DNA from: a virus
DNA: 64,000 nucleotides
Strand: one strand, 5' to 3'
Virus record (IMG/VR): IMGVR_UViG_3300037826_000057
Span: 1-64,000 of that record
Part shown: one piece after another, positions 28,711 through 38,601 of the stretch
Position numbering within the stretch: position 1 is the first letter of the stretch
Layout of the letters: each line of letters starts with the position of its first letter
Translations under genes and position numbers: made by a program
Notes under the pieces: model-generated
Databases searched by the model: none
What the model saw: only the letters and a program-made list of their open reading frames with translations
Told to the model about the DNA's origin: nothing

Positions 28711-29852
28711 TGCACTACCTCCTCAACTTCTTGTAGCATTTTCTCAAGCTCTTCGACCGTATGAAATACATACGGGTAAAATGTATCATTGGAGGTTATT
28801 GCGTCTACCTCGTATATCGTCAGACCCGAAATTGTTTCAATGCTTTCCGCAATACCCACTTTTTCAGGGGTACGGAATTCTAGCATAATATCTTCTACTT
28901 GTGATAAACCTTCTTTAATTTCTTCGGTGGAGCATTCGGATAATGGTTTCTCCATTACATATTCTGCCCAACCCTCCACCTCTGTCCATGTTAGACCTTT
29001 GAGAAATTCAATAATTATTTCTGCCTTTTCTACCACTTCTGATTTATCATTTTTGGTGTAAGTTGTATACGCTTTTGTTACATTTCTTTTACCCTTCTCC
29101 CTAGGTAAGTCAGCGGTTTCAGTGTGTTCTCCATTTGTGTATTTCTCTACGGTGTTCCAAGTGAGTTTTTCTGGTTCTCCAGTCTCTACTTGGTATCCCC
29201 AAACTTTAGGAAGATTTTCTAGCCAATACCGTAAGTTTTCTAGAGCTTCTTTTGAGGTGTTGACTACGAGCATTTCTCTGTTTTCTGTGGTCACCTTCAT
29301 TTTGTGCAGTGGGTTGGTGCCTCGCACTAAAAAGAGATTATCTTTTTGAATGATTACTAACGCAAAAGAACCCTGCCATTTTTTCGTAACTGTTTTTATA
29401 CTTTCAACAGTTACGGTTTTAGATTCTGAAATCAATGCACGAAGAAAAACCTCAGAATCACATGGTTCGTGCTCGATTTCACTCACCAATTTTTTATACA
29501 CTTCGGAACTCTCATAACCTCTGAAGGTTCCATTATGTGCTAGATATACATCTTCACACATAAAGGGGTGTGCACCGTCTACACCCCCGGTACCTTTTGA
29601 GATTGCTCTTACATGCCCAAGAACGTGGTTTGCATTGTTTAGGTTAGGCATATGTTCTTGAAACAGTTCGGTCTCTAAAGCTTTAGAGGCCGTCTTACCA
29701 GATTTAAAAGAAACAGTAGGTATTGCTACCCCTGTTCCATCAGTATTACCTTGTTGTTCGCCTGTAAGCAACAAGGTTTTCATTAAGAAAGGTTTTAAGC
29801 CTTTCTGGAATTGTTGTTGTGGTTTGTGAACTATTGCGGACAGTCTACACAT
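28707..29852 (-). CDS. Class II (Ntn) glutamine amidotransferase
   Basis: N-terminal Met-Cys, DGTG, GHVR, AHPF, HNGT, DSE. Confidence 0.92.
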   Translation of the reverse strand: MCRLSAIVHKPQQQFQKGLKPFLMKTLLLTGEQQGNTDGTGVAIPTVSFKSGKTASKALETELFQEHMPNLNNANHVLGHVRAISKGTGGVDGAHPFMCEDVYLAHNGTFRGYESSEVYKKLVSEIEHEPCDSEVFLRALISESKTVTVESIKTVTKKWQGSFALVIIQKDNLFLVRGTNPLHKMKVTTENREMLVVNTSKEALENLRYWLENLPKVWGYQVETGEPEKLTWNTVEKYTNGEHTETADLPREKGKRNVTKAYTTYTKNDKSEVVEKAEIIIEFLKGLTWTEVEGWAEYVMEKPLSECSTEEIKEGLSQVEDIMLEFRTPEKVGIAESIETISGLTIYEVDAITSNDTFYPYVFHTVEELEKMLQEVEEVVQ

Positions 29853-29863
29853 TAATTACCTCC

Positions 29864-30919
29864 TTAGATTATTGTCAGGTTGGCGTACCCAGGAATGAGT
29901 TGCAAATTTTCCTCTCTGGTAAATTCATCAAACCCAAATGTATTATCCGGGTCTATGATTTCTGGACGTAAACTTTCGGGACAGTTTCTAAACCTGTAGG
30001 TGTGTCCCAGGTGCCCTCTTTGGTGTCCGTGGACACCACGCGGAAACCTCCTTGGCAGTTCCCATAATTCTTGCATTGTGGGTATATATTGTGGGGCAGG
30101 GTCTAACCACTCAATTAATTCATCGAGTGTTAAGTTGTCAGTACCCAGGGGATTTCTGGGTAGTCTTTCGGTACCTTTCTTCCAGAAAGCCGACCGCACC
30201 AACTTTTTACTTAATTCAACCCAAGTAAATAAATACTTGGGGGTAAGCGTAGAATTAAATAAGCGTAGTTCAGTTGTTTCCTGGGTAAAAAGTGATAATA
30301 AGTTTAACCAGACGTACCTGGCTTCGTGGTATCTGGCTCCTGAATAATTCCCTAGCGATTTAGCTAGGTTTTTTGATGATTCTAGATTGTTAATAATCTT
30401 CTCTGCGTCAAACACTTTGCGCAGGTGGCCTTTACGGTCATGCACAACGGGAGGTGAAAGCAATGGCCGGCAATAACCATAGTCTGCTCTTAACTCGCCT
30501 CGGTGCCGACCTACCTCACCACAAGCAAGTCTATAAAAACCTGCTTCTAGGTATAATCCCACTTCCAAGATATTCTTAATTATTTCAGCTGGCAAGTCTC
30601 CGGTATGTACGTGAACGTGAATACCGGTTTGGGCATTCACGCCCTCTCCGGTACTTTTTAGAGCAGACAACAATTGCCTAACTTGGTCTTTCCATCGTTC
30701 GTCATTTTCGGTGTCTAAAATGGGCGAAACAAATTCTCCCCCGCACTTTACCTGTCTGAAGACAGGTTTGCTGGTGCGTAAAGTACCTCCCAGCACATGA
30801 GAGTGTGACCTACATGACCCGTCTTCCACCAAACGCCAGCCAGGCGGTGTAAGGTTGCGTAGGAAGCTTTTAGCAGAGTTCCTTGCTTCAATTTCTATAC
30901 CCACATTCATAATTAACAT
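29864..30919 (-). CDS. Amidoligase (glutamine-synthetase-like fold)
   Basis: GIEIE, EDGS, EFVSPIL, TGIHVHV, RY.WLN, T.ELR.F. Confidence 0.9.
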   Translation of the reverse strand: MLIMNVGIEIEARNSAKSFLRNLTPPGWRLVEDGSCRSHSHVLGGTLRTSKPVFRQVKCGGEFVSPILDTENDERWKDQVRQLLSALKSTGEGVNAQTGIHVHVHTGDLPAEIIKNILEVGLYLEAGFYRLACGEVGRHRGELRADYGYCRPLLSPPVVHDRKGHLRKVFDAEKIINNLESSKNLAKSLGNYSGARYHEARYVWLNLLSLFTQETTELRLFNSTLTPKYLFTWVELSKKLVRSAFWKKGTERLPRNPLGTDNLTLDELIEWLDPAPQYIPTMQELWELPRRFPRGVHGHQRGHLGHTYRFRNCPESLRPEIIDPDNTFGFDEFTREENLQLIPGYANLTII

Positions 30920-30928
30920 AGACCCTCC

Positions 30929-31183
30929 TTAATACTGTATTATCGCTCCATAACATTCTTGACAAATGCGCCCATACTTTGATTGTATGGTTTGTTCAAA
31001 ATCCGTGATCTGCCTGCACATGTTACAGACCACTTTTCCGGTATAGCAGTTATTACATACTGCTACACCATTTGTATTATACATATAGCGCGGGAGCGCC
31101 CATTTCCCGCATACCTTACACTTTTTCATAATCTGCGGGTGTGTAAGGTTTGCATATTCTTCATACTTTGAGGTGTCTATCAT
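30929..31183 (-). CDS. Zn-finger protein
   Basis: Four CxxC pairs. Confidence 0.7.
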   Translation of the reverse strand: MIDTSKYEEYANLTHPQIMKKCKVCGKWALPRYMYNTNGVAVCNNCYTGKVVCNMCRQITDFEQTIQSKYGRICQECYGAIIQY

Positions 31184-31242
31184 AAAATCACTCCTTGGTT
31201 GTTATTTATGAATTGCCGGCGCGTTTTCTTGCCGACACTCTC

Positions 31243-31276
31243 AGTATAGCGGAGCAAACTTACCGTGTCAAGGGGG
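31243..31276 (-). promoter_or_regulatory. Class B promoter for the ligase cluster
   Basis: CCCC-TTGACA-CGGTAA, 17-nt spacer, TATACT. Confidence 0.85.
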
Positions 31277-31377
31277 TTTAGAAAACCAGCCCAAATCCGC
31301 GGTTAAATTTTTTGGTAAACTGGTCTGGTAAATAACCATAAATTATCAACCACGATTTTTGTTTGGTCAAAAGATTG

Positions 31378-31409
31378 CCCTTGACACGGTAAATTCGGCG
31401 TGTTATAGT
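31378..31409 (+). promoter_or_regulatory. Class B promoter
   Basis: CCC-TTGACA-CGGTAA, 17-nt spacer, TATAGT. Confidence 0.85.
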
Positions 31410-31445
31410 CAAAGCGTCGGCGGGCAAAGCCCGAAATCCGCTTAT

Positions 31446-31523
31446 AGGCCCATAGCTCAGTCTGGTTAGAGCGTCCGGCTCATAACCGGGTGGTCACTGG
31501 TTCAAATCCAGTTGGGCCTACCA
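31446..31523 (+). tRNA. tRNA with CAU anticodon, probably Ile2
   Basis: AGGCCCA/TGGGCCT, CCGGCT-CAT-AACCGG, GGTTCAAATCC, encoded CCA. Confidence 0.92.
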
Positions 31524-31543
31524 TTAACTTATAAGGAGGAAAA

Positions 31544-31960
31544 ATGCATTTTATAGCAGAGTTTATGTGTAGTAGTAGTCTTAATTACGTAACCACAATT
31601 TCAACCTCTGAAGTGGGTTGGGAATTGTTTAGCAAATTGCAAAGGGAGTTTCCTGGTTTAAAGATAAAGAATGTACAGGGAACAATACCAGCACACTTTA
31701 AGAACGAGGTTAGTTTTGAGGTTCCGTTAGAATATGTAGCCAGGTGCCATAGATTTACAAATGCAAATATGGTTAAAGTTATGGTGCGAGAAGCAGACCT
31801 GAATAAGTTTGTTGTAGTAGAGCGAGAGGTTCAGGAAGGTAAAACTTTTCCTGGTATGCAGCCTCATGTGTTTACCAAAGTTAGGTATAATCGCAGGATT
31901 GACCAGGAAAAGCTCCTGGCAGCTTGGGAAGCTGCTGGGTACAAGAATTACTTTGTATAA
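31544..31960 (+). CDS. Hypothetical protein
   Basis: SD AAGGAGG. Confidence 0.75.
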   Translation: MHFIAEFMCSSSLNYVTTISTSEVGWELFSKLQREFPGLKIKNVQGTIPAHFKNEVSFEVPLEYVARCHRFTNANMVKVMVREADLNKFVVVEREVQEGKTFPGMQPHVFTKVRYNRRIDQEKLLAAWEAAGYKNYFV

Positions 31961-31969
31961 GGAGGTAAA

Positions 31970-32557
31970 ATGTCCTATTGGTATTTTAATTTGAGTAAGT
32001 TCAACGTTGAATTGCCGGAGCGTTATCAAGAGGCAGGCTTCTCTATTAAGAGAGTTTCACACCACCAATGGTATAACGATACTTTCCTAATAGGGAAGAA
32101 GAATTCAGGTGTTCAAGGGTGCCTGGCTCCGTTCCCAGGCACCTGTGGTACAGGTGTTGCATTCAAGGTTAGGGGGGATAGAAATCAAATTGACGAAGTA
32201 TTGGCGGTAATTGAGTGTGTAGCGGCTCAAATGAAGTTTAGTAGTCTGATGTATTCTACTACACTTCGACCAGCATATTACGATCTTCGCAAGGTGCTTG
32301 AAGAGAGGGGGTATGTAAAAGAAGTATCCCGTCGGAACCGTAGGTATTCGCGCAAAGGTAGACCAGTAGTGTTTTATACAAAGTATGGACTTCACCCCAT
32401 ATACGGAACCACCAGAGAAGAAGAAGCGGAGTACCATCAAACGGGATATAAACAGGAATATTTAAGGATGCATTTAGAGACCGCTCTCGCAGCGGTGCAA
32501 AATGCAGATAAAGAGTTAGCAATCAGTACGTTAGAAAATTTATTAAAGGAGGTATAA
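31970..32557 (+). CDS. Hypothetical protein, possible GNAT-like fold
   Basis: SD; LEERGY-like terminal motif, weak. Confidence 0.6.
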   Translation: MSYWYFNLSKFNVELPERYQEAGFSIKRVSHHQWYNDTFLIGKKNSGVQGCLAPFPGTCGTGVAFKVRGDRNQIDEVLAVIECVAAQMKFSSLMYSTTLRPAYYDLRKVLEERGYVKEVSRRNRRYSRKGRPVVFYTKYGLHPIYGTTREEEAEYHQTGYKQEYLRMHLETALAAVQNADKELAISTLENLLKEV

Positions 32558-32558
32558 T

Positions 32559-32978
32559 ATGTCAGTACCGTATACCGTACTAGTTGCACTGGTAATCGTA
32601 AGTAGCGTGTGGGTTGGGATCCCAGTAGTCGAAAACAACTGGGATCACGTCCAAGAGAGAAACCACACCGACGCTTACGAACTTAAGCAAGATTTCCTAA
32701 CCGGGAATCTTTCAGAGTACGAAGTATGGTACTCTTTGAAAAAGGGTACTGTATTAGTACTGGCAAGGACGGATAATGGTTTGTTCTTGGGTGTAATAGT
32801 GAGAATCTTTGAGTTCCGAAATGGTAGCCTGCGTGTACTCGATTCTGATACTGGGTATGTATGCACCGCTATGGTGCACCCGTATGGATATTGGAGGTAC
32901 ATACAGAAGCGAGATTCTTATGCACCAATGATACTGGGTTCGCCAATGTACCACCTACTGTTTAGGTGGTTTGAATAG
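32559..32978 (+). CDS. Membrane-anchored hypothetical protein
   Basis: N-terminal hydrophobic helix, SD. Confidence 0.7.
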   Translation: MSVPYTVLVALVIVSSVWVGIPVVENNWDHVQERNHTDAYELKQDFLTGNLSEYEVWYSLKKGTVLVLARTDNGLFLGVIVRIFEFRNGSLRVLDSDTGYVCTAMVHPYGYWRYIQKRDSYAPMILGSPMYHLLFRWFE

Positions 32979-32986
32979 TGTGTTGT

Positions 32987-33071
32987 GCCGGTGTGGTGGA
33001 ATCTGGTAGACACCGGGGACTTAAAATCCCCTGATCGCAAGGTCGTGAGGGTTCGACTCCCTCCACCGGCA
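32987..33071 (+). tRNA. tRNA-Leu(UAA)
   Basis: GGGGA-CTTAAAA-TCCCC, long variable arm, GGTTCGACTCC. Confidence 0.95.
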
Positions 33072-33082
33072 CTTGTTTAAAA

Positions 33083-33156
33083 GCCCTGGTAGCTCAATTG
33101 GATAGAGCACCGGACTTCTAATCCGGTGGTTGCTGGTTCAAATCCAGCCCAGGGTA
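33083..33156 (+). tRNA. tRNA-Arg(UCU)
   Basis: CCGGA-CTTCTAA-TCCGG, GGTTCAAATCC. Confidence 0.95.
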
Positions 33157-33187
33157 TCGTAGGATTTTAATAATTAAAGGAGGTATC

Positions 33188-33493
33188 ATGGTCATATTTG
33201 GGCCTAAAAATAAAGAACAACAGGTTTTCCGAGTAGAGCGGGTTCAGCCACCGGAACCGCCAGTACCTGAGGAAGTTGAACGTGAAATAGGTGAGGGTGG
33301 GGTAGGTGAGGGTGTGGTGGGTGAGGGTAGGGCGGGTGAATTTGAACCACCTGAGCGTCAACCTGCTCAATTTGATGGTGCGCCGGAAGTGTCTCTCCGA
33401 GAACCAGACAACCTGGAAAATTGGAGAGAAATAACATTTGGTAGTTTCAATTTCTGGGTGAAAGAAGAGAATGAAGAGGTAGAAAATGAATAA
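33188..33493 (+). CDS. Low-complexity acidic protein (GEG repeats)
   Basis: SD AAGGAGGT. Confidence 0.65.
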   Translation: MVIFGPKNKEQQVFRVERVQPPEPPVPEEVEREIGEGGVGEGVVGEGRAGEFEPPERQPAQFDGAPEVSLREPDNLENWREITFGSFNFWVKEENEEVENE

Positions 33494-33749
33494 AATACTG
33501 TACTTTACGATGTTATGGTTTTTGCTGGGGTTGATACCTAGTGTATCCACCGCATTACACATATATTGTCTCTTGGAATATGAAACCGTGAAAGATATTA
33601 TTACATGGGGTAGACTAATTTTCTTTTTCCTATGCCTACCTTCCAACCTAGTTGTATTATTGACAATTCTCTTATTATTCTTGGTGCAGAGAATTGGAAG
33701 AATTGTCAAAGATGTTGAAAGCTGGTTTAGCCAGCCAATTTTCAAATAA
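33486..33749 (+). CDS. Two-TM membrane protein
   Basis: Hydrophobic segments; coupled start. Confidence 0.6.
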   Translation: MNKILYFTMLWFLLGLIPSVSTALHIYCLLEYETVKDIITWGRLIFFFLCLPSNLVVLLTILLLFLVQRIGRIVKDVESWFSQPIFK

Positions 33750-34072
33750 TCTGGTAAAAGAATCGCGCAGTTACGCAAAACCCTCACCTCATGCAGCATG
33801 TGCTTCATGGCATGTGCATGCATGAGGTGGGAATGTTATAATAAGGTAAAGATATTTAGAGCTTGCGTAACGAACCAAAAAATTTTTACCAGCTCTCCCA
33901 AGCCTGGTAGACTACCTTCTTTTATATAACGCGCATGCGCGCGCATGTGCATGTACAGTATAAGGTAGATTAACTACGGGGTAGGTTAATTAGAAGGTAA
34001 CTTAATCTTGGTTAATACCGAATTTCATTTAGTCACAATCAATCAACCAAGACTTTTAGCTGGTTTTTTAAA

Positions 34073-34106
34073 CCCCCTTGACACGGTAAGTCTAGTGTGT
34101 TATAGT
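34073..34106 (+). promoter_or_regulatory. Class B promoter
   Basis: CCCCC-TTGACA-CGGTAA, 17-nt spacer, TATAGT. Confidence 0.85.
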
Positions 34107-34173
34107 AAAAGCGTCGAACAAGGCAGGCCGAGAGGCTAAAAAATTATTTACCAGACCTAAAGGAGGTCACAGA

Positions 34174-34566
34174 ATGAACGTTAAACTAGTTATGAACCAA
34201 GATTCAATTAAAAGCAGCGCGGTAAAGGTAAAAACGCAGACGGTCTTCATCAATGGAGAAGAGAACGAGTTCGCGTCTTTCGTAGATACCGCGTACATCC
34301 CTCATGGGGTGTACGAGGAATTAGAGAAAGACCCTGAGGAATCAGTGGTTTTGACCTTTACCGACGAAGAGCCAGAAGACAACCTTCTTTACCAGGAGAT
34401 GGTCGAAGAGAGGGAAACCAAGAACACCCGAGTTTTGAACCACAACACCATCTATTTAGATGGTGAGGCTCTCTCAAGTCTGGCGGTTGGTATTAGAGGT
34501 ATCTATGTGCAAAAAGACTCTTTCGACAAGGCATTTGATGGTGACCTCTGGTTAGCCATTTCCTAG
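34174..34566 (+). CDS. Acidic protein with internal duplication
   Basis: Halves align (TVFING...TAYIP and TIYLDG...GIYVQ); followed by hairpin 34572-34630. Confidence 0.75.
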   Translation: MNVKLVMNQDSIKSSAVKVKTQTVFINGEENEFASFVDTAYIPHGVYEELEKDPEESVVLTFTDEEPEDNLLYQEMVEERETKNTRVLNHNTIYLDGEALSSLAVGIRGIYVQKDSFDKAFDGDLWLAIS

Positions 34567-34654
34567 TAGTTTAAACCCAAACCCTGGGCACAACCGGGTA
34601 AGTTGTGCCTGGGAGTTTGGGTTTAAGCTTTTAAGTATGATATGAGGAGGTAAA

Positions 34655-35095
34655 ATGGCTAGAGAACGCGGTAAGGACAACATATTCACAGAGAAAGACC
34701 TGTGTCTGGTGATTCATCGGGCGGAACGCACCGCCTACGTAGTAGGTGGGCGCGGTCAGGCAGAGAAGGTAGTAGACATGCTCGGTAAAGATGAATGTTT
34801 GAAATTCACCTGGAGAGGTGATGAACAATACTTTAAGCCACTGTTATACCGCTCCAGCCGGCGCTTATCTGCGGGTATAAGTTCGGATAACAAAATGGTT
34901 GATTCTGTGGTGATTATGTTCAACGAATCTAAATTTGACATCCGGTTTGTGAAACCGGGTGTACAAGGGGTAGAAAAGAGAATACCTACGACTGGTAAGG
35001 AGGAAGCCTTTCGCGACTTACCAACAGGTGTTTCAGTGAAGGAGTATCTTAAGAAACGATATAACGGTCAGGTAGACGCTTGGCCGGTAGAGTAG
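34655..35095 (+). CDS. Hypothetical early protein
   Basis: SD GAGGAGGT. Confidence 0.75.
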   Translation: MARERGKDNIFTEKDLCLVIHRAERTAYVVGGRGQAEKVVDMLGKDECLKFTWRGDEQYFKPLLYRSSRRLSAGISSDNKMVDSVVIMFNESKFDIRFVKPGVQGVEKRIPTTGKEEAFRDLPTGVSVKEYLKKRYNGQVDAWPVE

Positions 35096-35104
35096 GGAGG
35101 TAGA

Positions 35105-35485
35105 ATGAACCAGGGAAAGAAGTTACGTAAAGCTTTTAAAGTATTGTATCAAGGTAACTGGATTAGAGGTTTGGATGACGGCGAGGACGTCCGGGTCTCG
35201 GTAATGACAATCATTCAAACTTCTTATTTAAGGTCTAACGCGACCCGGAACAAGAAGACCATCGCGGAGGATGTCGCTAACCTGTTATCATTTAGTTGTC
35301 GCGGTCTCTCTTTAGTGGGGGAGATAGAAGTGGAAAGTGATCTTACCCAACGCGAGAAAGGTGTTGGGTATACGGGGAAGACCTACTATGTACGGTTGCG
35401 TACCCGGGGTATGCGCAACTGGGACTTCGGTCGAGTTTTTGCGGTGAGGACACGTTCTAACCTTACGCAGATGACCTGGCTATAG
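35105..35485 (+). CDS. Hypothetical early protein
   Basis: SD GGAGGT. Confidence 0.75.
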   Translation: MNQGKKLRKAFKVLYQGNWIRGLDDGEDVRVSVMTIIQTSYLRSNATRNKKTIAEDVANLLSFSCRGLSLVGEIEVESDLTQREKGVGYTGKTYYVRLRTRGMRNWDFGRVFAVRTRSNLTQMTWL

Positions 35486-35523
35486 TCTGGGGTAAGTTTC
35501 TCTCTTAACCAAAGGAGGTAGAA

Positions 35524-35976
35524 ATGAACGAGCAAAAATATCTGAGTGACGAAACAATTGACCGTTTGCGTAACCTGCATAATGTCAACCGTCTTGAGGT
35601 TCAAGACTGGGGAGATATTTCCCTAGTCTTGGGGTATGAAATTAAGTCTGACCAGGCTTATGTCGTTAAGATTGATGAAATTGAAGGTGTGTTCGTTTTG
35701 CTGCCTAAAACCTTCTTAGAGGAGTTCAGCCGCAATGATGAAATTGAAGTTTGCGGGTATTACCTCTGGGAGCGGTGGGGTAGTAAACGGTTTATGCTTG
35801 GGCCTAAAGAGCATATGGGTTCAATTAATAAAATAGCACGGTGTCATTCTTGGACAGTCGAACTTGACAAGCACCGTGTTCGCCACAGTACCCGTGATAT
35901 ATCTGAAATCAAGTGCGAAGTTGATACCGCACGTGAGTATGAACGTCGCATTACCGTAAGAATCGAAAAGATTTAA
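35524..35976 (+). CDS. Hypothetical early protein
   Basis: SD AAGGAGGT. Confidence 0.75.
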   Translation: MNEQKYLSDETIDRLRNLHNVNRLEVQDWGDISLVLGYEIKSDQAYVVKIDEIEGVFVLLPKTFLEEFSRNDEIEVCGYYLWERWGSKRFMLGPKEHMGSINKIARCHSWTVELDKHRVRHSTRDISEIKCEVDTAREYERRITVRIEKI

Positions 35977-36034
35977 TATTCTGACTTTAATATTCTAACC
36001 CCACTCTTAATCGAGTGGGGTTAAGGAGGTAGAA

Positions 36035-36415
36035 ATGAATGAGGTAGAACGAGCCAAGAACAAATTTCTCAAGAGGGTAAACAAATACACCGCGGGAATT
36101 TTCGAGTTTGAGAGTTCGGTCCAACTGGCGAGAGCGACAAGAACCCGGTTGGATAAAACTAGGGAAATAACGCATTATGGTGTCACATTGGAGGCTGTCA
36201 AACTTGACGGTAGTACATATGCTTACCGTTGTCTGTGTGACGGTAAACGCACCGGTTGGCAGGTTGACAATGCTCGTTGGTTGCTAGACTTTTTCACCCG
36301 GTGCATTTACAGGGTGGAAGAGGAGAGAAAAACCTTCGACATGGTAGGTTTCCGGAAGGTTCCGGAATGGGAAAATATTCTTGGGATTTCTTACCAGGAT
36401 TTGATTAGCTCTTAG
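36035..36415 (+). CDS. Hypothetical early protein
   Basis: SD AAGGAGGT. Confidence 0.75.
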   Translation: MNEVERAKNKFLKRVNKYTAGIFEFESSVQLARATRTRLDKTREITHYGVTLEAVKLDGSTYAYRCLCDGKRTGWQVDNARWLLDFFTRCIYRVEEERKTFDMVGFRKVPEWENILGISYQDLISS

Positions 36416-36430
36416 CAGGGAGGTATAAGG

Positions 36431-37036
36431 ATGAAGAAGGTATGCACGAAGCAGGTCTGTTACTCAGACATTTTGGAATCCCTTTACACCAAGCCGGGTT
36501 CGCCCGGTGAGGAGGTGGGGATTTACTCAGACTTTCTACCTGGAAGTTTGGGTACTCTAATCCTCGGCGAAGAAACCGAGGAAGAGTGGCTTGACCAGCA
36601 CTTTGAAAATACCGTAGCCTGGGAATTGGAGAATGCAGGTTACACCGTGGTAGGTGAAGTTAATGGAAAACCATGGGATGAATTGTTTTACGTAAACGAC
36701 CGGATTGAGGAATCTTTACAAGGGCGCGAGGTTAGAATCAGACGGGTATATGCAAGTGATGGGTTGTATACTCGTCATATTTGGGTGTTTTTGTGGGACA
36801 GTATTGCAAATCGGTGGTTAACCTCTAGACAACTCATTCAACCGGTTGGGCCTTGCTTGGAGTTTTCCACCTCTTCAGAGGTGGAAAAGTATTACGGGTA
36901 TGAAACGGATGGTTGGTGCCCCTGCAACCATTGTCGGATGAAGGAAGACCTGGTAGAATGGACAAGTAATGTATTCTACCAAATTAGTTTTACCCACATT
37001 GAATGGAGTGAAGCAGGTGAAATTAAACCATATTAA
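36431..37036 (+). CDS. Hypothetical early protein
   Basis: SD; CPCNHC. Confidence 0.75.
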   Translation: MKKVCTKQVCYSDILESLYTKPGSPGEEVGIYSDFLPGSLGTLILGEETEEEWLDQHFENTVAWELENAGYTVVGEVNGKPWDELFYVNDRIEESLQGREVRIRRVYASDGLYTRHIWVFLWDSIANRWLTSRQLIQPVGPCLEFSTSSEVEKYYGYETDGWCPCNHCRMKEDLVEWTSNVFYQISFTHIEWSEAGEIKPY

Positions 37037-37067
37037 AAATAGTTTAAGGTGAAAATAGGAGGTAAAA

Positions 37068-37418
37068 ATGAAACCAACTTTGGAAGACGTTGCTGGGGGT
37101 ATACTAATATTCTTGATTATTGGTGTACCCTGTATTATTTTTTTAGACGCTTGGATACCAAAACACGGTACTCAGGAAGTAGCGGTTCTCAAAAAGATAG
37201 TAGTACCCAAAGACAATATTGAGTTTAAGGTTGAGGTTGGTGGTGAGTTAAAAACGGTATATTCGTGGTCTCGGTCTAGGTGTGTTTACTTTTTTGAACA
37301 TAGGGGCCGGGTGCTGCGAGTAGTCGCGCCAGACCATTATATAAGAAATAGAATTACCGTAAGCTACAAAATCTCGAAAATATGGGGTGCTTACGAGTAT
37401 AGGTTGGTAATTAAATAA
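37068..37418 (+). CDS. Membrane-anchored hypothetical protein
   Basis: N-terminal TM, SD AGGAGGT. Confidence 0.7.
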   Translation: MKPTLEDVAGGILIFLIIGVPCIIFLDAWIPKHGTQEVAVLKKIVVPKDNIEFKVEVGGELKTVYSWSRSRCVYFFEHRGRVLRVVAPDHYIRNRITVSYKISKIWGAYEYRLVIK

Positions 37419-37437
37419 ATAGAAGCAGCAGTATCAA

Positions 37438-37472
37438 TAACTCCAGGTATAAAAGCCTGGAGTTTATTTTTT
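37438..37472 (+). terminator. Intrinsic terminator
   Basis: AACTCCAGG-TATAAAAG-CCTGGAGTT then T tract. Confidence 0.8.
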
Positions 37473-37520
37473 GCCGAGTGTAAGGTATATAACCAAAGCG
37501 TTATAACCACCAGTAATAAT

Positions 37521-37616
37521 ATTTCGGTGTTAAATTGAAAGTATCTCGGTGCTAAAATCTAAAAGTTTCGGTGCTAAAATTCTAATATCTCGGTATTAAA
37601 ATTCTGGTATCCCGGC
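37521..37616. repeat. 22-bp-period iteron-like repeats (TYTCGGTRYTAAA)
   Basis: CGG cores at 37525, 37547, 37569, 37591, 37613. Confidence 0.85.
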
Positions 37617-38179
37617 CCCGAAAAGAGAGTAAAAACCACCTAAAAACCCACCTAATATAGTAATTAAGTTACCAATAACACAGGATAAGATGGTAGTAAG
37701 TAATAGTAAGTATAAAACAGTGGTGGTATAAAGTGGTGGTATAGAAAGGTATGCGGTATAGATAGGTGATTATGGTATAGATATAGAGTGGGGTTATGGT
37801 ATAAGATGGTGGTATAGGATGGGGGTGAAGCGGTCGGTATAGGATGGTGGTTATGGGGTATCAGGTCAACAACCTTACACATACATACCCACAAGTACAT
37901 ACCCACAAGTATGCACCAACACCCCACACCACCATACCAAACTACCTGGTAAGCACATCGCGCAGTTACACGCACACCGAGCCTAGATATTTACCATATT
38001 TATAGTTACTGTGGCACTGGTGGGTGCAACCTTCTTGCTAAAACCTCCTATAGAAACCAGATTCTCCTCTAGCGCAAACCAGATTCTCTGGTAACGCACC
38101 CCTGCGCTTACACGTGTATATACCGGTTGAATACCTACTCCACGTTAGGTGCTAGGTATAAATAAATAGGTGGAAGCGG

Positions 38180-38325
38180 GTTGGTACTGGGAAATTGGTA
38201 CTAAGGAGTTGGTACTGAGGAGTTGGTACTGGCCTGATAACGAAAATACGTGCGGAGACCAGTATATATCTAAACCAGTATATATGAAGACCAGTATATA
38301 TGAAGACCAGTATATATAGAGACCG
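38180..38325. repeat. Tandem arrays: TTGGTACT x4 (14-bp period) and ACCAGTATATAT x4 (16-bp period)
   Basis: Directly visible. Confidence 0.85.
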
Positions 38326-38572
38326 TAGTGAGGCCCTACCTACAGAGTAATAACCTAATACAGACATTCTAATCAGGTATATATAATTGTGCATAGATTT
38401 TAATTGTGCATAAGTTGGGATTTTATCTGAGTAATGAACCTACCTCTTTTGGGTAATGAACCTACCCCCTATCCTGGCGATAAGCCTTTTTATATACACG
38501 TGTGCGCATGTGCTAAACTGACGCATGATCCTGGCATGTGTGTTGCCTAACGCCAGTACACTCTCCAGTACA

Positions 38573-38601
38573 CTTGACAATGCGTCAGCATGTGCTATAA
38601 T
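38573..38601 (+). promoter_or_regulatory. Class C promoter
   Basis: C-TTGACA-ATGC...TGC-TATAAT, 16-nt spacer. Confidence 0.8.

Noticed and set aside
37664-38394. Minus-strand ORFs 37664-37975 and 38152-38394
   Set aside because: Low-complexity translations of repeats, no SD, against local gene polarity.
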